From positions 88,414,001 to 88,478,000 of the forward strand of contig CM059432.1 in assembly GCA_030390025.1 (NCBI GenBank): a DNA stretch of 64,000 bases, given 5' to 3'. Made by a program: the position numbers and the translations under genes. The notes under the pieces are model-generated. The model searched no databases and had not been told where the DNA came from. It worked only from the letters and a program-made list of their open reading frames with translations. Positions within the stretch are counted from its first letter, which is position 1, and each line of letters begins with the position of its first letter. This stretch comes from Squalus acanthias. Its lineage: Eukaryota. Positions 62,766 through 64,000 of the stretch are shown in pieces.

Positions 62766-64000
62766 TTTATTGCTTATGGCACAGGTAACACAGAACGTAA
62801 ACTTGAGCACAGGGTCACCTTTAGCACACCAGAAGAATGAGTTGTACCAGGATCCTCTCGGCACCTTGTAGCTGATACCAAATCCTGACCTCGCTCCTGC
62901 CCAGCTGCTACAGTTTAGCATGACTCACCCACACTACAGCTTCTCCTCAAACCAATTCAGTCCATCCCCACTCCATCACAGTGATTAGAAACATCAGCAG
63001 AGAGTTAGCAGTAATCCCAAACCAAATCAATTGTTTACAACAATATTAATTTTCTGATTAAAAAGGTATTAACAGCACTTGGTTTCCTATTTGAATTTGG
63101 GATTAGTGGTTTTGTCTGTTGTAAGTGATTGTTCACACCGTGTGCCTCAGATGTAAGTGGACTACAATCTAATTCAATTAATCAATTGAGACGATGCCAT
63201 GACCAGAGCTAGCAAAATACAGGCAGAACCATGATCGAATGATTATACTTCTGCCATCAAGATACTGCAATGCTTTATTCCTGATACTGTAAAGTTTATT
63301 AACAATGGTATTGTTTTGGTTTTCTTGCCATTCTGTACAGCAAGCATTGTGCATGGATGAGTTAGCATAGCATAAGCGAAATAGGAATAAAAGTGATGAT
63401 GCCACAAAGTGTAAGGTGTATGGTCTTCCCCGATGGTAGTACAGCAATGCCAGATTTGTTCCTGTACAAGGTAGCTTATCATTTCCATTTTTACAAAATC
63501 AGTTTATAATTAGGATGCTGTAGTGTCAAGATTATTTTAATAAAAGTCTAAGCAGATGTGAGCTTGAGAAACATCTCACAGAAAGTCGAGTTTCCAGATA
63601 TAGAATCCTTAAATAAAATTAATAAAATATTTTTTTAGTGTTTTAAATACTTTTTAATGTTATGTATATTTTTGTTAAAAGCTTGAAGATAATGTTCATA
63701 CTAAAGAGACCTTGTTGTTTAGAGTTAGGAAACACCCAAGAGGAAACGCATCAGATTGGGTTAGAGTTTCAACTTGTTGCCCGGGTGTAAACTGGAATTG
63801 CGGATTTACTGCCCATTAGAGAAACCATCTGGTTTTTATTTCTGGGCGGCAAGTTGAAAATCCACCCTATTGTTATTTCTCCCCTTGTTTGTGACTAATG
63901 TATAATAAAATATTATCCACTCTATTGAAAATTTAGAGTGCTGATGTCCCTAGGCTAATGCACAGCTAAATAAAGTGTACCACTGTGCTGCTCAGTCAGC

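Noticed and set aside
62785..62840. Possible terminal HNF4G exon (cag|..NTERKLEHRVTFSTPEE*)
   Set aside because: Phase-compatible and contains STPE, but it lacks the conserved TPLPSPP continuation and its pyrimidine tract is a SINE tail; the true last exon is probably beyond the window.

Overview
Vertebrate genomic DNA, most likely from a cartilaginous fish (inferred from the repeat families present: CR1 with (TTCTTATG)n/(TTCCTATG)n tails, Deu-domain SINEs, Penelope). The window holds one host gene, HNF4G (NR2A2), on the + strand. Coding exons 1-9 (33012-58564; 1246 nt, 415 codons + 1 nt) were reconstructed by hand with consistent GT-AG phases; the terminal exon is not in the window. The rest is a layered transposon landscape: several CR1 and L2 LINEs, a Penelope fragment with a GIY-YIG ORF and a minimal hammerhead ribozyme, many PIF/Harbinger-type non-autonomous elements with 3-bp TSDs and decayed Myb/SANT genes, and SINEs. 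The most notable observation is a non-LTR retrotransposon whose 5' end is a tRNA-derived Pol III head leading into an APE-RT ORF with no room for ORF1. This linkage occurs in two independent copies, and short head+tail deletion derivatives behave like its SINE. Repeat boundaries are manual and approximate unless a TSD is quoted.
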